Of a stretch of 64,000 nt of DNA, positions 24,001-37,642 are shown piece after piece. The stretch's first letter is position 1, and the number at the start of each line of letters is the position of its first letter. The notes under the pieces are model-generated. The model ran no database searches. It saw nothing but the letters and a program-made list of their open reading frames with translations, and was not told the DNA's origin. This stretch comes from Owenia fusiformis. Its lineage: Eukaryota. The DNA lies in assembly GCA_903813345.2 (NCBI GenBank), contig CAIIXF020000001.1, positions 49,538,001-49,602,000 of the forward strand, given 5' to 3'. The position numbers and the translations under genes are program-made.

Positions 24001-27000
24001 TAACAGCTAGTAGAGCAAGACAAAAACATCAAATGACAGTCAATCTACTAAGCCTCTACTTGAATATCAAATACTGAATGGGGAAAAACGTGAAACTTCC
24101 TAAAGTGTTAAAAAGTTCCCATGTGATACATGTATATAGATATACCAGGTAGTGCAAAAGGTAGATACTTAATTACTATTGTTTCAGGAAAATCAAACTC
24201 TGGTGTATATTATTAACAAATATTTTGTTGTTCATTAAGGAAGAAGATAATCAATTGAATAAGTCACATTTGAAAACTTTGTTTATCTTTGTGATGTATG
24301 AAAATGGGTTTCTGTTTTGCAATCCTTGAATGTGTAGTTCAGTAGTATACAGAAGTAGTATGCATATTACATAGGTATATATTCCAGGAAAATATACTCT
24401 TATCAATGCAATTACTCCAAATCCTTTAACAAATATTTAAATTAACTTGTTTCTTTGAAACATGCTGAATTATTTTGTAATGGAAAAAATTTTTTCTAAT
24501 AGTTAATGATTAAAAGTTTCATTTCCCTGAAATATACCTTTTAATCTTTGCTTTGTCTAGCTCTTTATTTTGGGTTTTGAAACATTGCTGAGAAAATTTT
24601 GAGAAGTCACAAATCCATGAAAACATGCGGTCCTAACTTCGACCGTTATTTTGAATTTTCGACCTACCGGCTGTTTGAAAATCAAAGATTACGAGTCTCA
24701 TACTGCACCGTTTTTCTTCAAACTTGTTCCATAACAAAAATCCCCTTCTGATGGTACATTATTCTCTTAAACAGAGTCCCTACTTCCAGCGGCATTTTGG
24801 TCCCCAGCTGTAAGAAGGCCTTCTAACAGCTGGGGACCAAAACGCTGCTAGAACGAGGGACTCTTTACAATAAAGTAATGCACCGACAAAAAGGGAATTT
24901 TCTTCTGCTTTTAATGGTATAAGTTTGAGGAAAAACGATGCAGTATGAGAGTCGCAATCCTTGATTTTCAAACATCCGGTAGGTCAAAAATTCAAATTAA
25001 CGGTCGAAGTTAGGACCACGTGGAAAACTCAATCACCAAGAAATTTCAAAATTACAAAAACATGAAATATAATAGCGTCAAATATTAGTTGAAGTACAGT
25101 ATACTTGCCGTTTACATCACCACATGCAAGTGGACAATGTCAATCGTGCTTCTGCACGAAAGTCGTCTCTATAACTGTATAAATGAGTTAAAATGACATA
25201 CAGATTTTTAATGGCCAAACTTTTATTTGGTGAGCGTTTTAATTGGCGAATAATAGAAAAATCGCCAAATTAAATAGCCGCCAAAATCCCCTGGAATATG
25301 ACTTGTTTTTCGTTTGGTGCACTTTCTGTTATTAGAAAGATACCAAGATGGCTAGGCTGTTTATTTATAGAAACAGCAAGGAATATTAAAGAAATTTATA
25401 AACAACAAGAAATTATTAATCAACAACACTAACAATGAGTAAGAGGATGTCTGGGACACTTCGAAAACAGCCAAATTAAATAGACACCAATAGGTCCAAA
25501 ATCACCAAATTAAGTAGCACCAAATTAAAGACAAGTACAGTATTTGCAATATTCTGATGAAATCATTTCCATCCCATTGAAAAAAAGCAAGGAAATGCAC
25601 ACATGTTACCTTCATCAAAAGCCACTGTATCGTGGCCTTCGTCCAAAGATAAATCCCTGCATGTATACGGGTCATGTCGTAAGCATAAAATTTGAAATCA
25701 AATGTCCGCCATTTTTCCACATCACAATTTGAATTGCAAGTTTTGGTCTTATTACCTCACCAAAAATTCCAAAACACACATGAAGTGATCAATGTATTAG
25801 TTCACATCTTCTGGATCGCTAACTTAGAATTTACAGCCAGTTACTAATATCAGACATTAACGACATTTCATCCACTTTTCAAATATGGCCTTTTTTCCTG
25901 GAGCCATTTGTTTTAATTTTAGACGAAATCCTGACGAAATCATGCAATATCTCATCAAGGAGCCCGGCCGGTCCCATTTTAATTAATGATTTATTTATCT
26001 AGCGATTTTTAAAATATTTGATAAACTTATGACACGCCGGCAAGCTTTTTTCAAATGACGTTCACGGTGTTCCAGATGAAATAACTTCTAGCCAAGAATT
26101 GGCTAGAGACTCGAGTAACACACATGCTCTCATACTTTAATTTGTACCAGAAAATAACATGGGCAGGTATACCTGTAGCATCTTTTTCAAAAATGTTGTT
26201 TGGAAAGAATAAGCTAAGGGGAGTCCGTCAAGTATGGACTGGGTAGGTATTATTACCACCTTGCTGGGCCAGTTCTAGGGGTTTTAGTGCTAGTTTAGAA
26301 GGCATTCATTTTACTATATCGACCTGAGTAATGTGTGACGTCATAGTGGTAGCCCATATGGACCAGTCTAGAATATATTCTGGACCGGCAAATTTTCCCC
26401 AGAAAATTAGATATCGTTCAGTGCGTGAGATTTTCTTGCTATTTCAGCCCTGGTTGTTAACGGTGGTAATAATACTAATAACGTAATTTCTGCGACCAAT
26501 ATAGTAAAATATTGGACCTTGGGCCTTCGGTTCTCGGTCCAATATTTCACTATATTGCCCTTAAAATTTGAGTTATTGTACTATTCTATCAACCAGTATA
26601 CAATGGATGTCCCTAATTTTGTTATTCATTGTACCTTTTATCATGGGTCTTCTAGACTAGACCATGGGCTTTCTAATTGAAAGCCCATGACTAGACTAAC
26701 AAACTCATGGTTATGTCGAGATTTAAAGTGGGGGACAAAAGTAAAACTCTACATTCAAAAGTTGTCACAATGAGCTAAATTCCAAGTTTCGTGTCTCAAA
26801 CTCTCCCAAGCGGTAGAAAAATAATTCCCGTTCACTTTAAGTAGCACAATAAATGAATCCAAAGCTTCATACCTGCAAATGATGGATAAATCCCTACCAA
26901 ATCGAATGAATGTTTTCATGAATCACCATGTTTGTGATCCAAGGAGGATTTACTCCCAGAATGCAACATCAGTTAACCTTATTTACTCGTGACAGGTTTC

Positions 27001-27801
27001 AAAATGGCGGAACAGCATTTTGAAAGCTGGCACTTGTCATGTTGCATTCTGGGAGCCAATCCTCCGTTGCAGAGTAATCGGGCTACAAAATTACCTCAAC
27101 ATTTGAAGAGTCGGCATTAACATGGAATATCCACTTCAACTTTTTAAGTTCTTATTTGTCATTATGGACACAAATTCCACTATATTTGGACCAACTAGGA
27201 CGGAGACAATAGAGCACTGAATATACTGAGGTAAGAATTTATTACATGTGCGACAGCATGTAATTTTCATAGCTATAGTAATTCTTTATGTTCCCCACTG
27301 TAGATCTACATCCATAGGCCAGGGGTAAAGTAATAGTAAGCCGTATATACAGTTTACTATTACTTTTCCCTTGGCCTATGTCTACATCTGTATTTATAAA
27401 TGTAACTTACACATAGGTGTTTTGAATTGATCATCATCTAGCAGATCGTATCTCTCCATTTTATGTAAAAGATCCAATAAGTCAAAAAATGTTGGTTTAT
27501 CCGTGAACTGTGCATGAAACCATAAATCGAATATTTTAGCGCACTTATCCCCTGCACACTCCACATTTTTAAAGTCTACAAGTTTAAAGTCTGCATCTTC
27601 AGCTGCTCTAGAATATAGGCCTTTCCAGTCTTTGGGATAGCCATGATTGGATAATACAGATCCTAAAGGTGGATTTAAATATTTACTGATTATAATCACA
27701 ATTCCCTGATTTTGATAAATTTTGTCAAGTTTTATTTTTTTAGTTTCTTCATTCCACCATTTTTTGTAGCCATAATCCTGCTCTGCTCCTCCTTGAGCCA
27801 T
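12069..27801 (-). CDS. MYD88: MyD88 (death domain + intermediate domain + TIR), isoform using proximal terminal exon A, 415 aa
   Basis: Exons 27801-27411 (death domain: YLNP..DWKGL..IFDLW..LLHKMERYDLLDD), 23077-22988, 15942-15874, 15371-15188 (FDAYVSY, DRDL), 14831-14740 (RCSRVVIVLS..ECQFQVKFAQALSN) and 12490-12069 (LLPI..LDY..WFWPKV). All junctions are GT-AG and phase-consistent; total 1248 nt. Confidence 0.9.
12778..14775 (-). repeat. 37-39 bp tandem repeat (about 50 units) derived from the MyD88 exon 5 end plus its splice donor
   Basis: Minus-strand unit GTCAAGTTTGCTCAGGCCCTGTCTAATG|GTAAGTTCT(T/A)G. The first unit is the real coding end of exon 5. The distal part shows a ~115 bp (37+39+39) higher-order pattern. 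Confidence 0.95.
16221..17481. mobile_element. Small inverted-repeat element hosting the mariner insertion
   Basis: TTTATCACATACTATTTAGAAATCTAGTGATTTGAT at 16221 is mirrored at about 17446-17481. A further hairpin lies at about 17490-17620. Confidence 0.65.
16307..17274 (+). mobile_element. Tc1/mariner-superfamily element (DD41D-like), internally deleted, with a frameshifted transposase pseudogene
   Basis: TIRs CAGGGTGACAAAAAAAACTGGAACCCA and its reverse complement, with TA on both sides. ORF pieces include WFQQDGATPH and (SPD)LNPPNFYLWRYLK..RRIQLCIQRCGAHLEHII. About 41 residues separate the second D from the third catalytic position; the first-D region is missing. Confidence 0.9.
19561..21885. 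mobile_element. 2.3 kb non-autonomous DNA transposon in a MyD88 intron
   Basis: Perfect 30-bp TIR AGGCATTTTCACGAATAAGTGACACTTTTC. The internal motif CATTACGGACACCTCA recurs near 20097, 21113 and 21278, and inverted near 20781. Confidence 0.8.
21967..22349. mobile_element. Putative MITE
   Basis: Ends GAGGGTTCTCACTAGG...CCTGGTGAGAACCCTG; no clean TSD. Confidence 0.5.
23485..23582 (-). mobile_element. tRNA-derived SINE head or degenerate tRNA-like sequence
   Basis: Minus strand has box A-like GGCCTAGTGGTTAAGGC and box B-like GGTTCTAACCC, but no convincing cloverleaf. Confidence 0.5.
24629..25017. mobile_element. Foldback (near-palindromic) MITE
   Basis: Inverted arms over 100 bp starting GGTCCTAACTTCGACCGTT, plus a central hairpin TTTTGGTCCCCAGCTG..CAGCTGGGGACCAAAA. 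Confidence 0.75.
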
Positions 27802-30681
27802 GTTCAAGTGAAGCAAGTATTCTTGCTTACCTTCCCACGACTACAAATCTATTATTGTTGTGATTAAGATAACGAAACCATGATGTTTATTATCTCACAT
27901 TTTCGATTACACGTTCATTTCCTGGTGCTCCCACATATTGCATCAGAAATGCGAACGTATTACAAATGTGAACGTTCGGTATTTTCAGAAAGATGTTAGC
28001 ACTGGGCTCATTCACAGCCTCTTCTACAAGCCATAGATAAAGAGCGGTTCTAATAAATCAGAATGATGAAGAGTTATCTGATATTGTAACAATGCTGGAC
28101 ATGATATATCAAATTTCAGTGAAATTGATCACCCTCATCAATTTCATAATAACAACTTTGATTGGCTGTTAAATTAACATGTCACATATCCTCTACCCAT
28201 CGTGGTTGTTCTATGGATAGCCCTATTTAAATATGAAATGTCTACAGAACCTTAAGGCTATTCAGCAGAGTTGAATCTTGTTCAATTCAAATGACCTTTG
28301 TTTCAACGCATTGTTTCAAATCATTTATCAGTATTTTGAAATGATGTACTCATCAAATACATAAATACTTTTATTTTCATATGTAAATGATGGCCAACCA
28401 TATTGACTTGTCATTTTACTTTCCCAATAAAATTTATACCATAAAAAATAAATAAAAAAAACAGTGATGGGGACTAACATAAATATAATAACATTGCTTA
28501 TAAATATGAAATACTTTGCTTTTTTAGCATTTATCACTGATTTAAACTCAATCATATACAGTTTAATTATCTAATTTTATTTGGAGATGAGGGATCAAAA
28601 TTCATTGCTTTTGTTTTATGTTTCAAGAGACAAAAATGGCGGCCATTTTGAAAATAGGCAAGCTTTTGAACCAGGAGTCATAGGGGATTTCCTATATTGA
28701 TGTTGAACAAAAATAACTTAAAACAGGAATCCTATTGACAGAGGTTTTAAAACGGCCCAATTGTTGACAGACGGACAGACAGACAAGGGAGTGATTGCAA
28801 TGGCTCACCATGTGAGTTAATAACAGAAAATAGGGTCGAGATATTTTAACTTGAAGCTTAGCAACAGTTATTCTTTCCCAAACTCCTCTTTGGATGCCAA
28901 TGTGCTTGACTATTTAAATTGTACTAGTGCAGTTTATAACAACTCCAATATATGCTAAAAACTATAAACCCTTTAGCTTTGGAGTCAATCTGACCACAAC
29001 TTCTCACGATCACATTTGAAACATGTAACAAATGATAGAAGTGTTTTACTACTATGATTCATCACCATGGTAACAAATTTTGTCTTAGCAGAAAAACAAG
29101 TCAACATTATTTATTTACAACATTATTTCTTGCAAAAGGACACAGAAGTGCAACAATTGCTACAGATGCTAGGCACCGATGTCAAATGTATGTCACAAAA
29201 ATGTTAGATGATATGACAATATGTCACCACAGTTTGGTGGTGACATAAAAAATATTTAACACAAAGGGAAATAAACAAGACAAGGTTTGTTTTAAACTAC
29301 TTTTACATATAGATATCATTATATTTACCACTAGACAAATATACATAGGTACATAATATTCAATGTACAATACATATCAATAACTATGTTAATACATGTT
29401 TATAAAAATTGTTTTTTAAAATAAACTTTAACTAGGAAAAGATAAAATGTCATTCAAAATAAGTGCATTAATTATGCAATACCTTTGAATTATTACAAAA
29501 AGACTTATAATTTGTCCTATCATAATGCTGAACAGCCTTGATAAAAAACTGGTGAATATTTCCCTTATTGTGAGAGTCCCGACCTTCACAAAAGCACCTT
29601 GATATATTTAAAGCAGGTGTAGGATATAATGATTGCTCCTTACAATTAAAGTGTATTTAGAGACAGTAGATTCATCTAAACCTACAATTATTTGTAATGG
29701 CCTTATTTAACTGTTCAACATTTTCATCATGGAACTACAACATGCACAGTAAAACAATATATGAATAACTTTCTAAACAACAAAAAAAATTTCAATCATA
29801 ATTCCATATGTACCATGGACTCATACATTATGTAAAGTCTCAATATGTAATATATACTCTGGTTTGAGTGGCATTAACTTCATGCTGTACTGTATTTTAT
29901 GAAGATATATCACCTATTACATATTTGAATTGAATCATTTTGTAATTGAGAAATATATAGTACCATATTTACTACTACTAAGTTAGAAATATAAATACAA
30001 TGTTTGTTTATTCTCATACTAATAAAGTAGGACATAAACCTCGCTATGTACAATGTAACATAACTACAATACCCAATATTCAATTTAAGATTAAAACTTG
30101 AAGCAAATGACTATAATAGACAGTTACACCGTGAAGCGTTTTTGCACAGGATTTATAAAAATTGCAATACTTAAATGACCAGATAATTTGCACTATGCAT
30201 TATTTTACTTCAATCATATGACACGTATGAATATTTCTATTACAAAAATTACTTATTCATGATTAAGCTTCATATTACACTTTAACTGGGTAAAAAATTG
30301 TCAATATTCTGCTAATTGGCGGCTCTTCAATTTGAAGGTATTCGGCCAAGTTCAATTTCTGTGGTAATATGTGCTATGACGTTGAATGTTCTTAATTTTA
30401 ATCAACCACCATATCAATAATAAGATGAAATTGGGGAATTTTCAAATTGCCAAAGCTTAAGCAAAGCAGCTGCCAAATTATTTCAAGTTACGTTGTTACA
30501 CAACTTTCACTTGACTATTTGTGCTGGGCACTAAAATGCTATCTACTGAACACAACTGAAATTGCACATCACAATTAAGACAAAAATGGACAAAAACTGT
30601 AAATTTACACATTCTGTATTGATTAATAAAATGAATATATTGAACGCTGTAACTGATGAAAATTACATTACTAAACTACTA

Positions 30682-31190
30682 CAGAGTGAGTCAAAAAAGA
30701 AAACCCAGACAAATCTTAATAATTTAGTCATCCAGTACAGGTTTTAAGTCATATTTGCCATACTACAAAGTTTCATTGGTCTATTTCCAATGGTCACAAT
30801 TTTATGGCCATTTTACAAAACATGCTCCAAATGCCAAAACATACCGAAATCAGATTTTACCTCTGAGACCATTTCAAAGATAATGTATATATTAACAACC
30901 CTTGAAGCACCAGAGACTTGAAACAAGAGATTAGAAGGGCAATGAGAGCAATTACGCATGATATCTGTGACCTTGTAGTCAGAAAATTTCACCTGATGTG
31001 TTCAAATTTGCCTCCAAAGACAAGACCGGCATTTTAAGCACGTTTTGTAAAATGACCATATAATTGCGACCGTTTGGAATAGACCAATGAAACTTGAAAG
31101 AGAGAAAGAACAATGAACAAGGTTCAATTGTACCAAATACTGAATGAGTGAGTTAAGATTTGTTGGGGTTACCTTTTTTGGCTCACCCTG
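30682..31190. mobile_element. Tc1/mariner-type MITE
   Basis: TA-flanked ends CAGAGTGAGTCAAAAAAG...CTTTTTTGGCTCACCCTG with long imperfect inverted arms. A lone matching end lies near 12525. Confidence 0.7.
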
Positions 31191-31422
31191 TACATCCATA
31201 AAAGTACAATGAACAATCTAATTGGATATGCGATTAATGTGATTTGGTCAACTTAAAATATTTATTAAATTTTCCTAAATGAGGATATTTGTAATAGGAT
31301 CCAGAGAGATTACCATTTAAATCCATATAATAGAGGTTTATTTGAATCTCAGTATAAATATCCGAACTAGGCTTGTGCTTTTTCATATCTGAGTACTATT
31401 TTAGTTTATACACATTCAATGC

Positions 31423-34400
31423 CTATCTACGTTTCCCAGCCTTTTTCTTCTTTGACTTCTCGGCCTTCTTCTGAGTTTTTTCAGGGATCTCTTTCCTCGC
31501 TGCCTTAGTTTTAATAGGTGACTTTTTAGGGGAACTTTTCCTTTTTTTGACTTCAAAGTCGCTATCACTTTCACTACCATTGTCCTCATAATATGAGACA
31601 TTTGCGGTGGCTCCCCGACCTCCTCCGCGTGATGATTGACGTCCATGAGCTTGACGTTTGACTGTAGCGGCTTTTTTCTTTGAATGGTGGGAAGGCTCAT
31701 CGTCAGAATCGTTATCTTCACTATCTTCTTTATATATCACTTTCTTCTCTTTCTTGACAGGTTTTTTTGCTTTCTTTTTGGGACTGGCTTTAGATTTTTT
31801 AGATTTTGGGGCTTCCTCTTCTTCACTTTCTTCAGATTCACTTTCCTGTTTAGCTTTCCTTTTTGAGGCACTCTTGCGAGGAGCTTCTTTCTTGATGGTT
31901 TTTCCTTTTTTCTGTTTCCTTTTACGCTTAGGGGGTTCTTCCTCTTCTTCTGAGCTTTCCTCATCGCTGGTGTCTATATAGGTAACCTTCGATCCTCCTC
32001 TTGATGATTTCTTTGCACCTTTTCCACTTCTAACTACTGCTCTTGGCCTGGAAGGTTCAGAAGAAGCATCGAATCTAGCTACCGTTTTAATCTCACGGCC
32101 TCGGTTACGTGGGTTTCTATGTGGTACATAAGCTACAGGTTTTTCATATCCTGAATAATCAACGCCATCATCATGAAACATTTCTTCCTCACTATCAGAT
32201 TCATAATCACTAGGTGTGTCCTGTCCAGCCAATGCAGCAGGGGATGGGGTGAAGGGGTCACCTAGTTGGAACGTACCTGTACAGCCAATCCCAGATATCT
32301 GACTGAAAATGTATATGTATTTAAAATAAAACGGTGCACCTATGGTGTTTTATGTAGTGTTTTAACCGATCAAACAACCATTATGAAACCATATGAAAAC
32401 TCAACTGAAGTCCAGTTAAATAATGTAAGGTTTTTGTTTCAACTCACTGAAAATTAGCAATGAAACTGAAATTTATTGACTTTGAATCTCTTACTGTAAA
32501 TTATCTGCATGTAATACAGAGCAAAAATTACGTCCCTGTCATAAAATTAAGAATTTGATGTACAGAATGTTTAAGGGGCAGCAAAGACTCACCATGAAAC
32601 AAAATCCGAACTATTCTGCCTTTTACAAAAAGTCATGACACAAAAACTTTTTTAACAAAGGGAGGTCTAAATCTATATAGCATGTGGTTCAACTCACATT
32701 ATGGATTCATGTTTCAATGCATTCTCTAAGGCTCGCCTCATCCTACCAGGATTATCATCTATTTTGAACTGTGGATGATACTCAGTGATGTACTCCTTAA
32801 GGAGCTTGAAGGAGCACTGCTTAGGTTCATGATTAGCCACTATTGCATTGATGATCAAGTCCTCAAGATCATTATCTGAAAATAGAATATGGTATTATTC
32901 ACAATGAGGACAAGTAAATAATGGTGTGCATAAACTGTTGTACAAACATTGAAGACTTTTCTATCACTGTTTCAGTTCACAAATTCCATTTAAAGGATGA
33001 GGGAGATGTAATATTGCTAGAAAACATATTTTACCTCTTGAAGGATCAAACTCTTCGACAGTTAGTTCAAATGATCCATTGCTAACATTACTGCCACTAA
33101 ATTGTACCCAATAGCCTTTATCTAGCCCTCTCTGAAGTGCAGTTGGTACTCTGAAAATACAATGGTATTTCTACTAACTCCCATGCAAAATTATAGGCTA
33201 GGTCATGCGAAATTAAATTCATTTAGGGAAAAGGCATCATTTAGGCAAAAAAGTAATATTTAAATTGGTTCATTTCAGTAGACTTTATTTAAATGCATTT
33301 AACGTCGAGGAGCAACAGTGACTTATCTGGAGTTTATAAAAACCAATGTTTAAAACATTACTATGTATATCAAGAAAAGTTGTTCATAAATAAGTACTAT
33401 GGCATATTCACGGTGACTATCCAGGCCCCGTATTACGAGCAAGTTCCTGCTGACATCGCGAGCAATGAGCTCATGTTAGAAGCAGGGCTTTAAGAGATAT
33501 GATAAAATATAGTTTTATTTGAAGAACATCGTTACCCTGCAATTGAAATAGCCATTGTATGAAATAAAGTTGTACTGAGTTTCACTTACTAAAGTTTCAT
33601 ATATGATTTTATATTCTAATTTATCATATCTATATTTAAATTTTATCATATCTCTCAAGGCCCTGCTCATGAGCTCATTGTTTGCGATGTCAGCAGGGCC
33701 TGGATAGTCCCCATGATATTGGTGAAAAACTTTTGAGATGCTTTATCTTAGCACTAAAGCTAATTGATAATTCAGGGACTATATCTAACTTCAAGACATT
33801 ATGGTTGTACAAGTGAACAAAATTTTATTAATAAACATTATTCTGCTCTAGAACTAGAGATAAAGCATCTCAAAGTTATGTCACCAAACATGCCCTGACT
33901 TTGTACCCACCGTTTGTCTACATCAATATCAGGGTAGTAGTCTCTTATGTATTCCTTGATTTTCTTAGCAGATGCTATCTTAGGATCAGACATGTAAGTC
34001 ATGGCCATCTGGAAGGCCTCTGCCACAGTTTGTGGGTCACTGTGGACAATTCTCCTCCTTGTCTTCCTCTTCTTCACTGAAAGGCAGGAACACATTATGT
34101 GAAGGCAACAACAGGTATCATTACCATGTATACCTTTTCTATTTGAAACATGCATACGACAACCTACATATCATTACCATATATACCTTTTCTATTTGAA
34201 ATATACCTTTTCTATTTGAAATATGCATACGACATCCTGCATACCATAACCACATATACCTTTTCTTGCTGCTGCTGACTTCTTCCTTTTCTTCTTTGTT
34301 TTTCCTTCTCCCTCTTTTGTGTCATTTTCTTTTGGTTTATCATCTTCGTTTGCTTCACTCTGAAATATACATAGCGTCAAATTATAGCTTTTCCACATTG

Positions 34401-37400
34401 TTCTCTGAATTTTAAACAGGAATATTTGTAATTTAGGACTACTTTCACTATATATTTCACAGATTTAATGAATAGTCTTTTTTATATAGCTTTGTAAAAT
34501 ATAAATAAATTTGGACAATTTTTTCACCAAAATGTTAAGTTTTAGCAATGTTAAAAAATGGTAGAATCACAAATTAAAAAAAAGATGCCAAATAACAGTG
34601 GTTACAGAAACCAAAATCACCTTTACTTCTTTATTTGCTTCTCCATCTTTCTTCTCTGCATCATCAGCATTAGGATCCAGGCCAGCAGCTTCTTTCTTCT
34701 TCTTCAACCTTTCTTCGGACCTCTTCTTTTCTTCCTCTTCTTCTTCTTTTTTCTCAGCCTCTTCTTGTTCTGCTGTGAGGGGCATACGGTAGAGACCTGC
34801 CTTGCCAACACCTTTGATCTAAACACACAACAAATGAATGTATGAACACCTCTGTATTCCAAACATTTATCAATGGATTTGCCTCAAATGTAGAGGTAAT
34901 GCAGACAAGCACCTGGGTCAACCTGACCTATCTCTAGTTATAAATCTATATTTCAATGACAGGAGCCAGTACTGACATTTTGATTTATGTTATATAACAA
35001 CAAAGCCTAGAGGTAGCAAATCAAGCACCTAATAAGTGTCAAACCACCATAGATGAATTACCAAAAGATGATTCGGGGATTTGGAATTAAATTAACCATA
35101 TTGTATTTTATATTAAATATATTATTTCACTATAGATGGATTCATTAAATTGCCGCTAATGTTACAAAACTCTGGCAATTCAGCTGATTGTATTTATCTC
35201 AGACAATATTAGAAATAAATTGAAAATATGAAAAAAAGATGATGATCATATGTCGTTCTTGTTTGATAAGATAAATTACAATACATGTACATGTATATTC
35301 TTTACATCTAGAAAAAAGAGCAGTAAACTATGATAAAAATGTCAAAATGTCAAAGCAAAACTTACCAAGTTAATTTTGCCATATGTCACACCCCGATTTA
35401 TGGCATTCATAACCAAATTTGGATGGATGTCCACACGAAGGGCTGGGTAACGCATTGCAATGTGGTTCCTTAGAGCCAAAGGTCGCAGGCCTTTTTTCTG
35501 TTTAATAGTCAAGGAATCTCAACAAACTTTTACAATGAAGCTCAATAAATCAATCAAAATTTGTCTCCTAACAAAAAATATTGTACGATGTTAAAAGAAT
35601 CGAATGTCTATAAATACCCTAGGGCTAGGCACAAAAGCTTTCGAACAGAAAACATTTGTGCCTAGCCCTGTGGTATTTAATTGTCGATGTAATGCCTGCT
35701 CTTCAGTCCGTATCATTTAAATCAATGTTCTTTCTACAATTAAACCCTTGCCTCACATAAGTAGATTTGCTAAAAATGACACACTGATTAAATCCCTTAA
35801 CCGTTAACCATGACACAATATTGCGTTCCAGGGGTTTTCATAAAGGATACAGGGTTACCAAGATCTTCAAAAGCCTGTGCCAGGATGTCCTTGATCTTTA
35901 GACCCATTGTCTCACCCTGTACTTTTGTTGTCTTCGGCTTATTCTTAAACTCCTTAAGTTTGCCATATAGAGGAGATTTCTCATTGATTCCAAATCCCTT
36001 TGGACACTCAGAATTGATGTGCTGAAAAAAAATTGAAATTGATGTAATGTTATGATATGGAAGCTGGGTGGGTTATCAATTATTCAACTGGACTTGGATA
36101 TGGGTCTTCAGTGATACTCCAACTCATGTGTTTGTTTCACTATAAGGTTACTTTATCTAATAGAGGGGGTTATTTAGAATTTTTAATTTTCAGCCAAAGT
36201 GACCTAGGGATAAAAAGCCAAAGACAAAATAACTGACAGGTAATGGCTTTGTCAAAATTGTAAATTAAAATGGAATCATTGATCGATTGAAATTATGGAA
36301 AATTAAAAAGGTAAATGCATTTGACGACAAGATTCTATGAAGGAAAATCCCAAATTTACATTTAGCATATTTAAAACCAAAGCAGTACTAGACTGTAATA
36401 CCAAGAAGCATACCTTATTAGTTCACATCAATCCATCAAATGGATATTTTAACATTTACCATGCACACACAAAAATAAAGTCATACTTTTATTTCCAAAC
36501 CAAGAAGCATAACTAAGTTAAAAATTTCAAATTATTCTGTCAAAGTTTACCAAGGATAACTGCAGACAAGATTTTAGGATGGAACATTCAAAATGTTGAC
36601 TTTGGATTCTACTGATCGTTAACATGCCTAAAAACGAATCAGTTCTTGATGATCACAATACAGCAAGCAAGGCTATGATAAAAAATGGGTGTGTTTCAAG
36701 GTATGTAAGTCACCTTCATGAGTATGTGTATCTCTACTCCAGGTTTGTTAGATTCCATACAGGCATCAATGTAGGCATCATACAAGTCATTCTTGTTCAC
36801 TTTCATCTCCTCTTTCTCAACAATGTGCTCAGATACCCTGGAAACAAATAAAGTAAAAACCACAAGCTTGAGATTCAGGGTCAAGGGTCATCTAAAAAGA
36901 TTTGCAATTAATTCTACATGTTATCTAATTCTGCTCTATGGATAGGAAATAATAAAACAGCACTCACAAAATGATTTTCCAATGTTTTGGTAATCAAAAT
37001 GGTACATCATCATTATCTTATAATGGCATGAATTAATTAAACAATAATATACATGTATGTACATAAATGTATATTGGAGCATAATTTCAAAAATCTGAAT
37101 TAAAAAAAAGTTTCAATTTTTTGCCAAATTTGATTCTGTTTTATTATGCATTTGACTAGAACTTCCACTCTACAATCTAGAATTTCTGCTATATGTTTAT
37201 AAATAATTGTAAAATCATACCAGCCATTCAACATCCCTTTCTCTGGGAACTCTTTTCTTTCCCTCTTTGAGTCGAGGATCTCCACCTTGAAGACATTAAC
37301 TGATTCCACATCAGATTCCTGGTCATCAGCACCATTCTCCTTGGCCTTCTTATCCTCAGGCATGTCTCTATTTGCAGCTGCAAGCTTCTTCAGTGGAGAG

Positions 37401-37405
37401 GGCAT
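31423..37405 (-). CDS. HP1BP3: HP1BP3-like protein: three H15 linker-histone globular domains and a Lys/Glu/Ser-rich tail, about 749 aa
   Basis: Exons 37405-37221, 36837-36714, 36021-35851, 35497-35366, 34818-34621, 34359-34260, 34076-33911, 33150-33035, 32875-32698 and 32302-31423 total 2250 nt in frame. The third domain AIVANHEPKQCSFKLLKEYITEYHP..QISGIGCTGTFQLGDPFTPSP matches the HP1BP3 EPKTCS..ISGKGFSGTFQL..PSP motif. Confidence 0.85.
33415..33710. mobile_element. Inverted-repeat MITE in an HP1BP3 intron
   Basis: GACTATCCAGGCCC..GCTGACATCGC..AATGAGCTCATG..GAGATATGATAAAAT is mirrored at 33640-33710. Confidence 0.65.
34118..34266 (-). repeat. Short repeat duplicating the HP1BP3 exon 6 donor
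   Basis: AGAAAAG|GTATA occurs at the true donor (34260) and again at 34207, 34187 and 34134. Confidence 0.75.
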
Positions 37406-37642
37406 CCCTTACTGTAACTGTAGCAAGACAATATGTGCATCATATACCTTTCAAGCAGGCAATGGAGAAACGTGCAATCTAGGTGTAAAGTAACTTGAGT
37501 TATCCTAGACTCCCTTAAGTTACCAATGACCCCCCTATCACCCCATGCCACAAACTATGGTTCAATAATATCAAGTAATCATGTCTACTGAATTTCATAT
37601 TTATTTCCCAGGGGATTTAACTGGCAAATTCCGCAATGATTA

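Noticed and set aside
28683..28692. kB-like site GGGGATTTCC upstream of MyD88
   Set aside because: It is a single 10-mer inside what looks like a dispersed repeat (GGCCATTTTG and GACAGACG motifs), which is not enough support.
31416..31981. Alternate-frame and antisense ORFs over the HP1BP3 last exon
   Set aside because: Low-complexity shadows of the Lys/Glu/Ser-rich tail.
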